DNA of 64,000 nucleotides from Planctomycetota bacterium. Its GTDB lineage: Bacteria; Planctomycetota; Planctomycetia; Planctomycetales; Planctomycetaceae. Every line of letters begins with the position of its first letter. The stretch's first letter is position 1. Of the stretch, positions 62,963 to 64,000 are shown in pieces. The stretch is taken from assembly GCA_017859815.1 (NCBI GenBank), contig JAFMMM010000002.1, positions 714-64,713 on the forward strand. Direction: 5' to 3'. A program made the translations under genes and the position numbers. A model generated the notes under the pieces. The model was not told the DNA's origin, searched no databases, and saw only the letters and a list, made by a program, of their open reading frames with translations.

Positions 62963-64000
62963 TTATTCCAACTCCACACCCTCCACGGGATCCAGCTGAG
63001 GCGGCTCGCTCTTGTCCCACTTCTCGACCCGTTCCTCGGCCGATGGCACCTCCAATGGTCTGACCACTCGAAATCCAACACCGAGTGCATCCGTGAAATA
63101 CCAGATGCTCTGTGGAACCTGCGGATCCTGTTCCTTCCACTCAAGTGCCGAACCTTCACGCACGGCACTGCGCAGCATCTCGGCGGAGTCGTCCCAACCG
63201 CCACCGCGAACAACCCGAGGATACTCCATCAGCGGTACAACCAGCGGATTGATAATGCGTTCTTTTCGGTCGCTGTAGCTGGCCGGAACATACTGATCCA
63301 GTACCCATTCAGCGACGTTCCCATGCATGTCGTACAGTCCCCACGGGTTTGGTTTCTTACCACCGACCGGATGATAGTTTCCATCGCTGTTGCCCTCGTG
63401 CCACGCGTGTTCGTCCAGCAGCGAAGCATCATTCCCAAATGAGTAGGCCGTATCCGTTCCTGCGCGGCATGCATATTCCCATTCAGCTTCGGTGGGCAAA
63501 CGGTAGTAACGCCCGGTCTTGGCACTGAGCCACTCGCAGTACATTCGAGCAGCGTGCTGAGTCATGCAGATGGCAGGATTCCTTTCACGGCCCATCCCAA
63601 AACTCATATCGGTGTATGGCGGTGTCGGTCGCGTGACAGCATCGGCAATTTTGTCGCGAGCAGTCGTGCGACGGTTGTAGGCAGCGCGCCGACGAGAATC
63701 GATTCGATCTCCCCAGACCTCATACTGATTCCACGTAATCTCAAAGCGACTCATCCAGAATGGTGAGATCTCCACTTCATGAGTTGGCCCCTCATCCTCC
63801 CTGTGGCCCTCCTCGTCCGACGTACTCCCCATCCGAAATACACCGCCGGGAATTGGTACCATTTCAATCTTGAAGCTGGTGTGAACCAATGGCTCTGTAT
63901 ACTCCTTCATGCTCTCAGCGTCCGTCGCTGTTGCTTCCGGCACATCAACCGGTTTTGGCTGCGTATCCTGAGCAACAGCAATCTGGCCACGGACCGACAC
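62963..64000 (-). CDS. Formylglycine-generating-enzyme (FGE/SUMF1) domain protein, 5' end outside window
   Basis: [18 protein letters not shown] and RGGGW are motifs of the FGE-sulfatase domain. The ORF runs to the window edge. Confidence 0.88.
   Translation of the reverse strand: MSVRGQIAVAQDTQPKPVDVPEATATDAESMKEYTEPLVHTSFKIEMVPIPGGVFRMGSTSDEEGHREDEGPTHEVEISPFWMSRFEITWNQYEVWGDRIDSRRRAAYNRRTTARDKIADAVTRPTPPYTDMSFGMGRERNPAICMTQHAARMYCEWLSAKTGRYYRLPTEAEWEYACRAGTDTAYSFGNDASLLDEHAWHEGNSDGNYHPVGGKKPNPWGLYDMHGNVAEWVLDQYVPASYSDRKERIINPLVVPLMEYPRVVRGGGWDDSAEMLRSAVREGSALEWKEQDPQVPQSIWYFTDALGVGFRVVRPLEVPSAEERVEKWDKSEPPQLDPVEGVELE

Overview
Dense 64-kb chromosomal segment with about 50 protein-coding genes and one tRNA (tRNA-His). 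I saw no rRNA, CRISPR array, transposase, integrase or phage genes. The gene content points to a Planctomycetota genome; this is inference, not a database result. The clues are two DUF1501 genes, a giant PSCyt1/DUF1549/DUF1553 cytochrome-c-domain protein, many exported or tail-anchored hypotheticals, and an acidic-repeat HTH protein. Recognisable housekeeping genes are hppA, tyrS, a pterin-4a-carbinolamine dehydratase, mnmA, recG, gltB, def, lysS, a LolCDE-like ABC pair, hemW, serC and ispH. Other recognisable genes include an HDAC-family deacetylase, an M20 amidohydrolase, an SDR, a macro-domain deacetylase, a creatininase-family protein and an FGE/SUMF1-domain protein. Candidates worth a second look: (1) an unassignable 189-aa protein followed by a compact orphan SNF2 ATPase; (2) three consecutive exported or membrane-anchored unknowns ending in a 1051-aa AsmA/TamB-like protein; (3) an Flp-like prepilin with a long G/Y/P/N-rich tail, plus an orphan CpaA-type prepilin peptidase 20 kb away; (4) two tail-anchored proteins with cytoplasmic J-like+GspE_N or HTH+acidic-repeat modules; (5) two unusually long, hairpin-rich, gene-free divergent regions (upstream of tyrS and of gltB); (6) a protein-like reading frame interrupted only by TGA codons. 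All calls come from reading the sequence and ORF translations. No searches were run, start codons are best guesses, and family assignments rest on motifs quoted in the evidence fields.
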